DNA of 64,000 nucleotides from Caecitellus pseudoparvulus (lineage: Eukaryota; Protista; Bigyra: Bicosoecida). The stretch covers positions 496,001 through 560,000 of the forward strand of contig CBFFRQ010000069.1 in NCBI GenBank assembly GCA_965644315.1, in the 5' to 3' direction. The position numbers and the translations under genes are program-made. The notes under the pieces were generated by a model. The model saw only the letters and a list, made by a program, of their open reading frames with translations. It had not been told where the DNA came from and made no database searches. Position 1 is the first letter of the stretch, and each line of letters opens with the position of its first letter. Of the stretch, positions 12,001 to 19,872 are shown piece by piece.

Positions 12001-14943
12001 GCACCCAAGCAAGGCAAAGCGCACAGCAGCTAGCAAGCCCAACAAGGAGCTGTCTGTGCCGCCACGTGAGCGCAACAAGCGAGCAACCACAGCAACTTGG
12101 TCTGTGTACTGGGCTGGGTCGTGGTAGTGTGACTTGAGGGGCGCCTCTCCCGCGGCCGCCTCGCTTGCGTCAGCCGCCTCTGCGGCTCGCAGCAGGCTAT
12201 CCAGCCGCTCTCTCGCAGTTCCTTGCCCATGCGATCCGCCGTCAGCCACGACAAAGAGGCGTTGGTCGTAAGGAACAGGGTCAACAGCAGCCCCTCCTAC
12301 TTCCACGGCCACGGCGGGGGTAGCGCAGTCTTCGCACACTGCCAGCACGGGGCCCACGTTGCGCGGAAAGGCCAGCAGAGTACCCACTACTTGTACAGCC
12401 TTCGCAACGATGGCAGGCACAACGACCGCCCCTCCTGCAGGATTCAGGTGCTCCTCGCTGACGCGGACGCCGGGAAACTTCGGGGCACTTCCAGTGGACC
12501 GCTGTGCTGGCGCGCTGCGCGATGATGGGTTGCCTTCGGGTCGCCACATACCCTCCGGGAGCCGAACATCAAGCGGCTGTGCGGGTAAGCACACACGTGC
12601 CGCTCGCATGGCCTCTCGCCTGGCTTGTCCAGAGGAGGCCTGCTGCCTTGTCCCCTCGCCAGCGTGCGCGGATTTTGGCATCGCTGCTGCTTGCACAGCC
12701 GCTGGCCACAGCCTCGCATTGCCGTTCCCAAACACAAAGTGCCACATAGTGGCCAGCACCCTCGGCAGTGCCTCTGAAATGATGGCTGCGTGCAGGAGAG
12801 GCTGCCAGGCCAGGCGCTGCAGGCGCGTCAATGCTGCGAGGCGCGACTTGACGTCCTTTTCGCTTGCCGGCTTGGCAAGATCAAGAGGCCGATCCAGCAG
12901 CCCCATGAGTTTGCGCAGCTCGGCAGCAGGACCGGTGGTCTGGCGCCATCGGCGGAGGCATCCCGCCAGCAGCTCCTCATACTGAGCCTGGTCATGCACT
13001 GCGACCACACTGCGTGCCACAGGGTCCTCAAAGTACAGAGTGGCTGGGACAGCTCCAAAGGCTTCACGGAGCACACTGTGCAATTTTTCCAGGGCAGGCG
13101 GTGCGCTGGTCACCTCAATGGTGTGCTGTGGGTCCAACGACGGGGCCATTTGCAGCTTAAAGGCGTTCCTCACCAGTGTAGTGGAGGGCAGCCCGTCTGC
13201 CCTCGACGGCGCAAAGAACCCATGCGAAGACAGTGCCGAAACAGCTGGCTGGTCATCGTTCACCATGAAGGCACTGTGGACAAACTCTGAGTTGGGGTCG
13301 GCAAACTCTGCTTGCTCTGTGAGCAGCCTGCACACCTCTGGCGCAGGGCCCGTGCTCTCTGGGCCAAGGTGCACTGTGCCAGGGCCCGTTCGCATGGAGC
13401 TGTGGATGGACGCCACGACCTTCCCATCGCGCAGTCGGAGTGCGTCGGGCGTCGGCCAGGACAGCTCTGATGGCAGTTCATGCGCGTCCATGCCGAGGTC
13501 GGAGTCGCTGTCGCTGACGTTGCTTCCCTCGTCGCTGTCTGAGGGCATGGCATCCAGCAGGCTGGGCAAGACCACATTGCGCTCCACAGCTTCAAGTCCG
13601 AAGGATTCCTGGGCAGCGGCTGAGCGCGGCGGCTCGAGTGAGGACTCGGGGCCGTCCACCCTGCAGACGCCAAGAGGCAGCCTCGGGTGCTGGGCATGCG
13701 CCAGCAGGGACAGGCGGCAGTGGTCCACCCACTTGTCACTCTGCAGCGTCTCCAGGTACTCGGCTTTGTCCGAAGGCACGGGTGGAGCCTTGTACCCCAC
13801 ACCGCCCAGCAACCGTGCCACTCGATTGGCCCGCCGCAGCTGGGAGTGCAACGCACGGTAGCCGCCCCACAGCAACCAGGCATGGAACGGCTCCTTCGAG
13901 TTCAGGGGGCGTGGCACGTGCACAGGCATGGTGTATGTCTGCATCACTGCCAGTGTCGCTTGCAACATCGACTTTGGGTGCTGCAGGGGCCACTCCACTG
14001 TGAAGCCTTCCACTTGCCTGGACCGCCGGGTCAGGGCCACGCGAGACCTGCGCCTGCCCGCCGCCCTGGGCGGGGCGCGGGGAGCCACAAGTTCTGACCG
14101 CTTCACCATGCACGTGACCGTGATGGCAAGCTGACGCAGCGCAGCTGCGTCCAAGCTGCCTGCCCGCACCGCTGGCACCGGCACCTCCTCCGGCTTCAGC
14201 CCAAGGGCACTTCTGAGGGCGCCACTGCGCCCCTCAGCCCGCGCAGGCGCAGTGCGAGCGGCAGCCAGGGCTGCAGTCGCTTCCTTTTCCGCTTTCAGGG
14301 CTTCGCTGCGCTGCCGCAGGTCGGCCCACTGTGCGGCTGCAGCGTCGGGCGACGGCGGCGCCGGCGAGGCGGCTGCGGGGGACTTGTGCTTGCCGCGCCG
14401 GCGCCGTCGGCGGCGGCTTCCAGGTGTGCGGGATGTAGGGGTCTTGTGTCCCCTTCTGCGCCTGCTCGGCGTGCGTGGGGAGGTGTGCACGAGGGGCCGT
14501 CGCTGCACTGGCGAGACGAGGGGGGCCTGCGCACTCCCTGTGCCCGCCACTGCACGAGGCCTCATAGAACGACTGGAGGTCGTGCGCATGGACCGGGCTG
14601 AAGAGGCTCGCAGGGAGCCCGTCAGCGGCCGAGGCGATCGCTGCTTGCTCGGCGACGTGGCTGAGTCGGACGTGGGCAATTTGCCAACCGCTTTCGCCAC
14701 ACCAACCGCCATGGCCGCCCTCCGAAATCGGGACATGGCAGGGTTCTTTCGCAGCCGCGGGAACACCAGCACTCGCTGAACGTATCGCTCCACCTTCCTG
14801 GGCTGCACGTCTGCTGAGAACGCTTCAAGCTTCCCAGCTGCGTTGACCACCATGCGTGGAGATGCTCGGGGGGAGCTGGCGGTGCTCCGATCCGAGCCGC
14901 CTTGCGGCAGGGAAGCTGCCAGTGCAGCTACGACACCCGCCAT
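1..14943 (-). CDS. Giant intronless protein (at least 4,981 aa, 3'-truncated by the window edge) with dispersed armadillo-like helical repeats and a PB1-like segment
   Basis: ATG at 14943 follows an in-frame stop at 14962-14964. The track lists no ORF in this minus frame in 1-15000, as expected if the frame has no stop before the edge; hand translation of both ends and much of the interior found it open. ARM-like segments: LQYGTCALWRLATDADCRRYLGNAGVVRELL, LQRWILSALWGLCYD, LMATLVNISVNTDAQALIG...ASKALVNLSKASANR. Confidence 0.88.
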   Translation of the reverse strand, partial: MAGVVAALAASLPQGGSDRSTASSPRASPRMVVNAAGKLEAFSADVQPRKVERYVQRVLVFPRLRKNPAMSRFRRAAMAVGVAKAVGKLPTSDSATSPSKQRSPRPLTGSLRASSARSMRTTSSRSMRPRAVAGTGSAQAPLVSPVQRRPLVHTSPRTPSRRRRGHKTPTSRTPGSRRRRRRRGKHKSPAAASPAPPSPDAAAAQWADLRQRSEALKAEKEATAALAAARTAPARAEGRSGALRSALGLKPEEVPVPAVRAGSLDAAALRQLAITVTCMVKRSELVAPRAPPRAAGRRRSRVALTRRSRQVEGFTVEWPLQHPKSMLQATLAVMQTYTMPVHVPRPLNSKEPFHAWLLWGGYRALHSQLRRANRVARLLGGVGYKAPPVPSDKAEYLETLQSDKWVDHCRLSLLAHAQHPRLPLGVCRVDGPESSLEPPRSAAAQESFGLEAVERNVVLPSLLDAMPSDSDEGSNVSDSDSDLGMDAHELPSELSWPTPDALRLRDGKVVASIHSSMRTGPGTVHLGPESTGPAPEVCRLLTEQAEFADPNSEFVHSAFMVNDDQPAVSALSSHGFFAPSRADGLPSTTLVRNAFKLQMAPSLDPQHTIEVTSAPPALEKLHSVLREAFGAVPATLYFEDPVARSVVAVHDQAQYEELLAGCLRRWRQTTGPAAELRKLMGLLDRPLDLAKPASEKDVKSRLAALTRLQRLAWQPLLHAAIISEALPRVLATMWHFVFGNGNARLWPAAVQAAAMPKSAHAGEGTRQQASSGQARREAMRAARVCLPAQPLDVRLPEGMWRPEGNPSSRSAPAQRSTGSAPKFPGVRVSEEHLNPAGGAVVVPAIVAKAVQVVGTLLAFPRNVGPVLAVCEDCATPAVAVEVGGAAVDPVPYDQRLFVVADGGSHGQGTARERLDSLLRAAEAADASEAAAGEAPLKSHYHDPAQYTDQVAVVARLLRSRGGTDSSLLGLLAAVRFALLGCPPRTLSVADANDLDEALGMVLSSLAADSEGSGLQRPRPLPVLPPEVRAGSVTVDLRTAQAEQAAMMGTGLGCRLMAESAYGQGLAISIMSHHASAAGMRHVLGSGGSVQVPAFDEDGGVVDTGSAASGARHAAKGGEAAVQSFLRQARATVMAQQGASVRALRALQGVVSDATATLGSPAESPGTDVPACVNLDTLDAFVYAAEVPSSLAGREDSHAARPPTPGATAVFSRLPLSPTHRSSLGSTKGTALAPPLIHSHHGEATPAELQLGSTHLPQGHSLHAVTCSLCARHLSLSALSNAAARHGRYFAATALQFRQGTSHELWGGGLAMQLLAWAGSAEERAAVMVLQGVFSSVHGRGVPPAAVVIPPSHPAACGDVATAMRRGLQWGRDAVLVHHPPLRPGARVRSAPFHRDTGVAAVDHRAVLQQRVVVPATAGAEGELRACSPIVGACPTRRSAGGVPGAEAAPASSLKSMPQGLVYSPPPSVRVHLPARNRHPLDHTPSLSLSLSRAAEAVATGKGKSSRGGPRGVGKALATAAAETSMLRSVAGHITPPIDSLHIPLRTAALLRSTTAVLPAGWSEAMAFASRLNEEAALVKALRRQEQVESYSPLLLTRSPALRPRPASRGTHSPLVVTDVRWPGSAYHQSVLQAAATGHAGVYAVGGLNAQVGADCWPQLMPSADRRPAIPLGSHSLLSKAPSIPQAATTAAIKSSAGSDAHLPFPWLWVPSTPGTAAALPLDLVSKSQLPASSAGTDHTRQPWILQAPLFSSRQRLGPAQLLDSAHASMYALQGAARDVVSSSRVHAGELPQSALEAVTGYLQSAGAQGCGDAVLLWSLRDHCKQAVKAATKQVSDSGGKHAVHVGGRGHLPSASCFSCSWGHDAAALASWGGSVMGGLDQIEEALEPGFVGHASVTQLPPTPHGTHAGASVKVSSLAPASVVPEPTALLMLRTLAGAGAAAWAGAAEASASARALTEASVLPAQTVLTTALEGRDVSQLALQQRSPWHWRWRRLEPRALASSVRDKRGVAGQAVGSKEVRLRNPTAESGIAAAISDSYEPVMVQRKWYEWWSPSRLALAVDTAMAAPAATLAWALHAGGTPAQVGAGAHGTMCQPTAFALHPATGNPDCAAVVDWNSLDTPLGTALQPLPTQFPPAAAQAAQHRQLVDAVSIKCGADALCQGVDVPRQGNIRQQPSHSEPTQIGSASLNPAYSNSVSISHCSVSTWPPPFPQLCLPLVVPFFPMPSHVKLLKKVRAAESATAQSAIDHWTTATSHVSSEQRELSEGGVDSAVGVVDPGYPAPSEPVAGVQTPWGLYSAHTAAHTSHGSDGEDATVPDIRVAAVNSKSAAHARDDEHEDTPMSRLAAAAKARGQAPRDAHWLDLQSPSPPTRSYHVDMAARRKQAASARGRAKGGVVLARQSAAPGVVLDAGEEEFAAMVQEMSTDAEDAVGRSASTQVQLLQKHRMMKRARWRGVQKEAQAVAQRCVQAAFMGRQVNACPKPASLGRDLGWLQAHSSPWQHFVARCAASWGEEQPRADLVPRDFTQLVAISAGPTLARIWSLPGMVHSASGVWQALAIARTLVMTAVRTSQNHGPVRRLGPSPSLQTASLAEVSSARHFPFAPSNTLRSMTSVTGLTSQSLSASLHSLPSSTGGRAPRRRGGGPSLSSFAAGLAEPSSTLDFDFVSAMWRAAFGIVANTAALGLQPQYACPPTATAEHGGGEPQAATATEDANQSCPPPLAILLHTASWWVRQPAGSQAQPPPTGESPGSDVQKLAWMQHSRGFAGLLPALFRAMRSRSSCPPGSRTSEVAASALCALASAASALDMCTEDLGSAPEWMQGLPFFHDPVVAAKMVQSQQDEASAARGAGFPVSGAVSEGDPWRMACTARLDGMPASVKHGRLTCVLAAGGAVSALSTVSRRCSVLWGALTRKASPSQVDDEAAAWYNQLPDLDPTALVPTLRQSAAAWMHMASMVHGPLAHMPRVQGADGMPSAPKLIPPFIPAAGTFPPPKLSGADLATLRLLLRVPDVATLQYGTCALWRLATDADCRRYLGNAGVVRELLAWLAMSRAVAMHLLRCIPHVAGHSDGAGWMPYEDALATVLRWWPVDSTHHLQVWIAENGRIDATFVACAGEGQHTPAPESLPPPAAWGPGGVAAVHLPCVAAWPGVRALLQFGVQSGYSLRGGQASSERTANDPLGAASGLSGAYDTGKSAPPRPAGLSADLSGQEQHPLLTGTVHLLQLQRWILSALWGLCYDSGSRRVLTACGGPRILRACLSPIMPAQADGIQSTAEAEASAAAETVEGAADEVTAEQRAATKRAAAKRRQRRKYLYGTQSASSTAESQGSATDDAEQTAEERSNPVLKAATTVAAQLMQHRLTGVLGIGITAVPASLPAAMVQVQHLAVSVVWVLGSAWRTNQFSQRASDFAPDAVCDAATCARRSFVPPSTGLSRLGLNLLGSDAPPQKELEGRWFPSRPKRREAGGPRGESQPPTSRKRPSGASAKGSVFGYDAHSLPGLLCSAGIPSGLLAIAKSTALAPRFLQTYALRALFSLRQMYGKGFGAELSAADPDNTHLMESLLLEYLDFPGQSPDPVPWDDAMDATASEHSPGLPLGSEPRDPIVPQATDGVGFRSHAAMGVESQAARAPDVPLDRFPRFVDAELRYLLWTSAPGLCGREVQPSLAGGGSEAAAGSTFAPPSKLLHSVRNRLRRAAWDTEVHCQRHITSMLAVLSMRPSYRVGFVAGGGVPKVMGVLQMWRDKEAAFQRRLKAEVQAHKAKWGGRADEVPLPVEAAQRAGSGQDEKTVLQLMATLVNISVNTDAQALIGQGNVRMLMEMAEPPRDTYVHPALQSLASKALVNLSKASANRTFLYRAEMQHRTRAHRQALAAQALETGVEEDGWASASDSDGARSLGSVEGAPSPPSEPTTQLAAKWKCYGAAFTHEQAAQRLTPAAAGLLFCGPTAAGDPALLRQIEQQGDSGMAVADEEVLTALAYPTLTKPRAVAHAVQQSVLPPQPPRNTTAAYTALRDLCCAAIGAFTPPAAAQGDEWSEVVEEKAGVKPVQQRSLPIADQASAEVHPSATVPAPATHGSARAQAAAADYATRGRQSQRPQSGKSETGHGRRPSPKRRSEGIASRLASMRGLAATYDVESGPSLSARLRKMMVNRKAIVENDSVAFVQRDSSAPPPARPASAPPGDAGGRGFDTLMMRTVRASKRHTGASAPHPRPATAGGWRESSGNISVREYVLQMPRPTRPGWGGALGNMSMQRIVLPHQLHSLGSESSAHLASALSLGREASDLAAATTRTGPDSVFVAPSPKAIRADLLRSARPGSHGRPPSSKPRKADVHAPPRSGIIVSLPSMLAADDASVDSEEEVAALISAAHRQGTEKRQRQGPEPPHITYGSNPVPSVSTPRSRSAPPSAAAGVKRLWGLLSRATTKKAPARGTSYAVQLEADEAANDVEREVGGGPEHHTGSLVDDPEEAALQKYMRMKPGLGLGLGQTVPEMSSALAYFSADCDGTQHPGPQSQRRPAPPGASSPLRASPGHSARRRRPQSAQRRRPSSAGPHRPGRADEGASEPQSALASEREFNYAYTSRERWSPMITGAVVRDQLGRELASATTKTFVMAAVERDAQQQGTRQPPRRDSRGGFEYVRVTVDADAAQAPSAQALVSNPITGPTLPPGDASSSTRRSAGGGAGSPQRPGRVLLATVYDNEEVTFFDEATEQGARTAASQRVHSDMLAHVLRLRTEGASTLLAGTVPGGMRENRFSTSPRAAALGATAGTVENAALHAKRSALAKADTDALMRLTQGSSRVTRKYQTSPTPGKAGTDAELAAPAAWHQEHQVTVSLARPGFSQAFTFGKVQPGLTGHPGLDAVVMEGTSTEDEDSKALPGESSKRMGRLFAWKSTGGGVSKGLFPSHTLPDGGAVHWHFSTDMHTALYMDSGPPPAPPLALADIAQRGYPRIPAPIAPCTALNRFLPDGGQGLDDEEADGSQEAA

Positions 14944-15202
14944 GCCCACAGCATGGAGAGTTTAGACACCCTTGTCAGGGCTAAACTCAGTGGGGCCGCA
15001 GTGTGTGCACTGGGGACAGCTCAACGGCGGCCGTCGCCGCGACGCATGCACCAGCACGAGGCTGGTCAATGGGTGCTCGGAAAGGAAGCGGCAGACCGGT
15101 TCAGATCCCCGACTGAAAGCCTAGCAGATTACGTAGAGTGTGTCTTTGCAATTTTCACAATTCAACTCTCCTCAGTGTCAGAGCGGTGGGTGGTGGGTGG
15201 AG

Positions 15203-16567
15203 TCATGCTTGGCTGGCTTCTTGGCTTCCCTGCTCGTCCTCCACGCTGGACTGCGCAACGCTAGCGCAGGCCTCGACCAGCCCCTGCCCCCTTCCAGCCC
15301 GCACTAACACAACCAGCAGAGGCTGGTGCAAGTCTGCGGAGAACTGGGCGGCTTTCTCTGCAGCGGCGGACACTGCCGTTGACAGCGCCGTGTCAAACTG
15401 CGCAGCACAAATAACGTCAAACGCGCCACGATTGGCTGTCGGGCAGACAGCTTTCTCCACGAACCTATCACAGGACCCCCCCCGCTGTGGCGCGATGAGC
15501 CACGCCTGTGGCTCGTGCTGCACCTGCGACGCCAGGGCGGCCAGCGAGACACAGGGAACGTGGAAGGGCTGGCCGGCGCCCGCAGTGCCCTCGGCGCTCG
15601 AGCAGCGACGCATGGCTGCGGAGCAAGTGCTGAGCAAGTGCTCGTGAACATGCTCGAAGAACAGGCAATCCGCCGCCACGACGAGGTCAACTGCGCCAGC
15701 AAGGGGCAGGCGTGCCGGGCCGTCGCCCGGGCCACCCTGCACCGCCAGGTCAGCCGCCTCCCAGACCTCCTGCCACTGCAGCACGTCAATGAGCAGCTTG
15801 GCAGGGGGGGGCGCGGTCTCCAAGGCTTGCCACACGCCTTGCGCACAGCCCACGGCCTTGGCGTTGCCGTCGGTTGCGACCACCTGCCAGCCCGACAGCG
15901 CGGCACAGTGAGCCGCTGCAACGCCTGCCATGCACGTGGAACCGCCTCCGAGTTCCAGCAGGGTGCCTCTGGCGCGCCCAAGGGCGGGGGCGGAGGCGAG
16001 CAGGCAGTGCGCAAGCACTTGCTCGGCAGGCCACACAGCGACGTTGCCGGTGTTGTCCACACCCGCCTCCTCCTGGCGGTGCGATACTAAATCAGCCAGG
16101 GATACACGGGGTGCTGGGGGAGCAGCCAGTGGGAAGGTGACCTCTGCGGAGGCTGGTGGTGCTGGCCACAGCCAGGTGTTGCAGCCGTCACAAGGATTCG
16201 CGCTGGACTGCTGAAGCAAGCCAAACCCGCTGAAACTCCTCACCGACACATCCCCGTCGGCCCCAGCACTTCCTGTGCGAAGAGCTTTGCGCAGCAGGGC
16301 CCACCTGCTTCGCGCCTTGCGCGGCGCAGGTTGTGAACGTGCGGCAGCGAGGACGGCCGACGCCAGCAAGCTGTCAGGCACGTTTGCGGCTTGCTCAGCC
16401 CCTGCGGCCTTATTCAAGAACCTACGTGCCCAGCTCTCCCGGATGCGGCTTCCACAGGGGGTCGAGACTTGTAGCCATACTTTTGGGAACTCCTGCTGGA
16501 GCTTCTGCACAGCTTCAGCCTCCCCGAGCTGCGGGAGTTTGCTGCTCGCAATTTCCGCACTCGCCAT
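15203..16567 (-). CDS. CAMKMT: Calmodulin-lysine N-methyltransferase
   Basis: Family motifs ARSRWALLRKAL, SVRSFSGFGLL, DNTGNVAVWPAEQVLAH, LELGGGSTCMAG (SAM motif I), ATDGN, VVAADCLFF, IAPQRGGS. First ATG is at 16567. Confidence 0.9.
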   Translation of the reverse strand: MASAEIASSKLPQLGEAEAVQKLQQEFPKVWLQVSTPCGSRIRESWARRFLNKAAGAEQAANVPDSLLASAVLAAARSQPAPRKARSRWALLRKALRTGSAGADGDVSVRSFSGFGLLQQSSANPCDGCNTWLWPAPPASAEVTFPLAAPPAPRVSLADLVSHRQEEAGVDNTGNVAVWPAEQVLAHCLLASAPALGRARGTLLELGGGSTCMAGVAAAHCAALSGWQVVATDGNAKAVGCAQGVWQALETAPPPAKLLIDVLQWQEVWEAADLAVQGGPGDGPARLPLAGAVDLVVAADCLFFEHVHEHLLSTCSAAMRRCSSAEGTAGAGQPFHVPCVSLAALASQVQHEPQAWLIAPQRGGSCDRFVEKAVCPTANRGAFDVICAAQFDTALSTAVSAAAEKAAQFSADLHQPLLVVLVRAGRGQGLVEACASVAQSSVEDEQGSQEASQA

Positions 16568-16767
16568 GCTCCACCCAAGGAAACGCCGAGCACACCCCAG
16601 GCGAAGCAAGGAGGTGAGACGTGAACCAAAAAAATTAAAGAAAAGCGCACATTCTTAACAAAGCGGCAGCCAGTTTGAAGTATTGTGCCAGCATCGTGCT
16701 AGAGAGTGAGAGTGTCGCTTGGCCGAGACCAGCGGGCGCGAGCGAGACGCAGTCTGAGCGCGCAGGC
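16568..16767. promoter_or_regulatory. Probable bidirectional promoter between CAMKMT and MRS2
   Basis: 200-bp gap between divergent start codons with an A-rich tract (about 16625-16665) in otherwise GC-rich DNA. Confidence 0.45.
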
Positions 16768-18652
16768 ATGGACGTCACAGCGGGAGATGGAATGGTGACG
16801 CCATCCACAGCCGTGAGCACTGGTCCCCCGACGTTTGCCACGCTCTTATCGAACCAACGGGAGCTGGGAGTGTCAGAACTGTGCAAGGTGAGAAGCGCCG
16901 GCGTCGCGGCGACGCAGCTGTGCGCCGCAGCACTGCTGGGACTCGTGGGCGCAGGGGGACCGCCAAGCCACATTCCGACGCATGAGGCGGATTTTCATCC
17001 TTCTTGAAGCGCGTCGCCATGCAGACTCGGTGGGCAGGCAGATCCTGCAGTCCGAGCATGGGCTTGGGATGGATGACGCCGTGAGCCAACCATGGACCCA
17101 GCTGAACTCTGCGCAGCAAAAGAAGCTGCTGCACTCCCTGCACGGGCACCAGTTCCTTGCACGCGGGAAGAAGAGCCGTGCCATGGCAGAGGGCGCCGTG
17201 AGCATGCCGCTGCAGCCGCGGGACCTGCGCATCATTGACCCCAGCTTCTCCAGCGCCGAGTCACCCCACCTGCTGGTGAGGCGGCACTGCATGATCCTGA
17301 ACATGGCGCCCATCCGGGCCATGGTGTTGTCCAATCGCCTGCTGCTCTTTCCCTCGGGCGGGCTGGACCCCAACGTGACGGCTGTGGAGAGCCACATCGT
17401 CTCTGGCGGCGGCCAGCCTTCCGACATGCCCTTCGAACTGCGGGCGCTGGAGGCCATCCTGGTCGTCGTCGTGGGCGACCTGCAGACAGCTGTCGCGAAG
17501 GAGACCAAGCGGGTGGCGCACACGTCCAAGCGCCTGTCCCTGCGCGACACATCCCGCGCTGTGCTGGGCACCATGCGAGACAGCGCCCGCGTGGTGGGCT
17601 CGCTGCAAGCCCGCACACAGGCGTCACAGAAGACCCTCAGCGCGGTGCTGGACAACCACAAGGCGCTGCAAGCCTTGGCGTCCCTTACCGTGCGCAGCCA
17701 GGTCGCAGAGGGCGCTGCGACCTACAAGCGGGGGGGGGGCAAGGCGGGCGAGGAGGGGGGGCAGGCTGCCGCAGGCGGCGGGTCGACCACCAAGGTGCAG
17801 CGGCGGCCCAGCTTGACGACTGCTTCCCACAGTCCCCAGCTGCGGCCGTCCCTGTCCACACGCAGGCTGGTCGAGCCGCCCGCTCCGCCGCCGCCCCTTC
17901 GGGTAGCTGAGGACTCAGCTGGGGGCGGCACCCCGGTTGACGCTGCCAGTGACACCACGTGCTATTGGGCCGACAGCAGCCCTGGAGCGCGAAAAAGCGA
18001 GTCAAAAGATGGGACCGAATCACTGGATGCAGCTGAGGGCGCTGCCACTGCCCCCCCAGATCTGGGGGGCGACGAGGCTGGCACTGAGAACCCCCACCTC
18101 ACAGCCCCCTCTCCTGCACAGCCCAGCACCACGACCCCCCACACGCCAGCCGTGTTCTTGGGCGTGAAAGGCATGAGTGGCAATGCTGGTGGGGGCAGTG
18201 CCTGGCGCCTGGACGTGGGCAAGGACCGGCGGCAAGCGGCGGAGGAAGTGGTGTTGGTGCCAGCGGGCATGTCGGCACACGACCAGGAAGAGTACTTCAC
18301 CAGCGTCATTGAATTGCTGCTGGAGGCGTACGTGGCCGAGTTGGACGCCGTGTCTCGCGAGCTGGATGGCCTGTCCCAAGAGCTGGACTCGAACGAGAAG
18401 CAGGTCAGCCACCTCCTGGCAACCACACGCAACCGGCTCCTCCTGGTGGACATCGTCATCTCCCTCACCTCCCTCGTGCTGGGCGTGTGGGCCTCTGTCT
18501 TTGGCGCCTTTGGCATGAACCTGTCGAGTGGGTTGGAGACGCAGCCCAGTCTGTTCTGGGATGTGTTGTGGGGCTCGCTGGGGGGTGGTGTGGCTCTGCT
18601 GGTGGTGCTGTTCGCGGCGTTCAAGTACTGGGTGCTGGTGGCGACAGAGTGA
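16768..18652 (+). CDS. MRS2: CorA/MRS2-family Mg2+ transporter (exons 16768-16887, 16931-18652)
   Basis: LQPRDLRIID, PFELRALEAIL, IELLLEAY, RNRLLLVD, TM1 ending in FGMN, then TM2. A 43-nt GT-AG intron joins an upstream ATG exon in frame. Confidence 0.9.
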
Positions 18653-18696
18653 CGATACATGCTCACCAGCACACCCTGCACAATGCACAGGCGCGT

Positions 18697-19639
18697 TCAC
18701 TGGCGGGGCAGGACGCCTGTTGCCACCCCCGTGCGGTTGTACTGCTCCTGCACTGCGGGGTCCACGGTGGGCAACATGGGGTTGGTGTGCCGTGGAGCGT
18801 CGCCGCCACTGATCACATTGAAGCCCGCGCCGTGCGCCTTGTCTTGCAGCCGGTGCGCACGCAGCGCCGCCCTGTACATGACTGACTCGTCCCGTGCCTT
18901 CAGCGCCTGGCCTGCCTCGCTGTCCTCGTACTTCAGGGTCAGCGGGTCGTACGCCATGCTGCGTCGGTTGGCTGCTGACTTGCTCGCGCGCTCGCGGAGC
19001 CGGCTGACGCGCTCCTCTTCCTCCGCCTTGGCTCGCTCCATGGCGTCCCACCGCGCTTCGTCGCGCGCTGCAGCCGCCTCGCGACGGTGTAGGAGGTACC
19101 CAGCACGCTTGGCAGCCTCTGCCTGCCGCTGCAACTTGGCTTCGGCGGCGGCATCAGTGATGAACTGATCAGAGGGGGCCATGTATCCTGCACTGCTTGG
19201 GTCTGCCGACCCGATCAATCGCCCAGGGTCAGCGTACTTGCTAAAACCCCCTGTGCGCTCCTTCAGACGAGACTTCTCAACCGTGTCCTTGTCCTGTGCC
19301 AGCACTCGCGCCTTGCGAGGCTTTGGCTGCAGGTTGCGCTGCAAAGTGGGCAGAGGGCGTGCTTCACTATGGTTACAGTAAGAAAATCGAATAGTTTCCC
19401 ACTCAGCTGCTACACTAGGCTCTGAGGACCATGGTAAAGCCGGCGAGGCGTTTCGTGGCGAAACTTCTTCCGTTTCGCTGGACAAGGGCAACGCCACGTA
19501 CAAACTTCACAAAAGGTCCATCCTGCCATGGAGCACCGCCATAGCCCCCCTCTGGGAGTTTGGGTATGTGTGCGGTGGGGTTGGCGCCTGTCGGCGCCGG
19601 CGCACCCCCAAACCCGGCATAGGCGTCAAAGAAAGCCAT
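18697..19639 (-). CDS. Conserved-looking coiled-coil protein, possibly a ciliary microtubule-associated protein (exons 19639-19502, 19338-18697)
   Basis: GTACGT...TTTGCAG intron gives an in-frame join. Coiled coil is followed by YDPLTLKY and FNVISG motifs resembling the NPI/NII-type short motifs of axonemal inner proteins. Function is inferred. Confidence 0.65.
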
Positions 19640-19872
19640 CCTGGCCTGAGCCGGCCTGCACGGTGGACAGAAGTGAAGCTGTGCAAGCACGTGCGCGGGG
19701 AAACTGAGCACCAAAAGGCATGCTGCGGACACTCTGAATTGGTGCTTTTTATGCTGCCGCTCGCTGCGAGCTCTCACCCTGAGCCCCCCCCTTGCACAGC
19801 AGGCCAAGTGCCGCTGGCACTTCACGCCGAGGGTACGCATTGCCAGCCTCGAAGGCGTTGGAGGTGCACGCT

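Noticed and set aside
43-14779. Many plus-strand ORFs up to 372 aa
   Set aside because: Antisense shadows of the giant minus-strand ORF in GC-rich DNA; no recognisable motifs.
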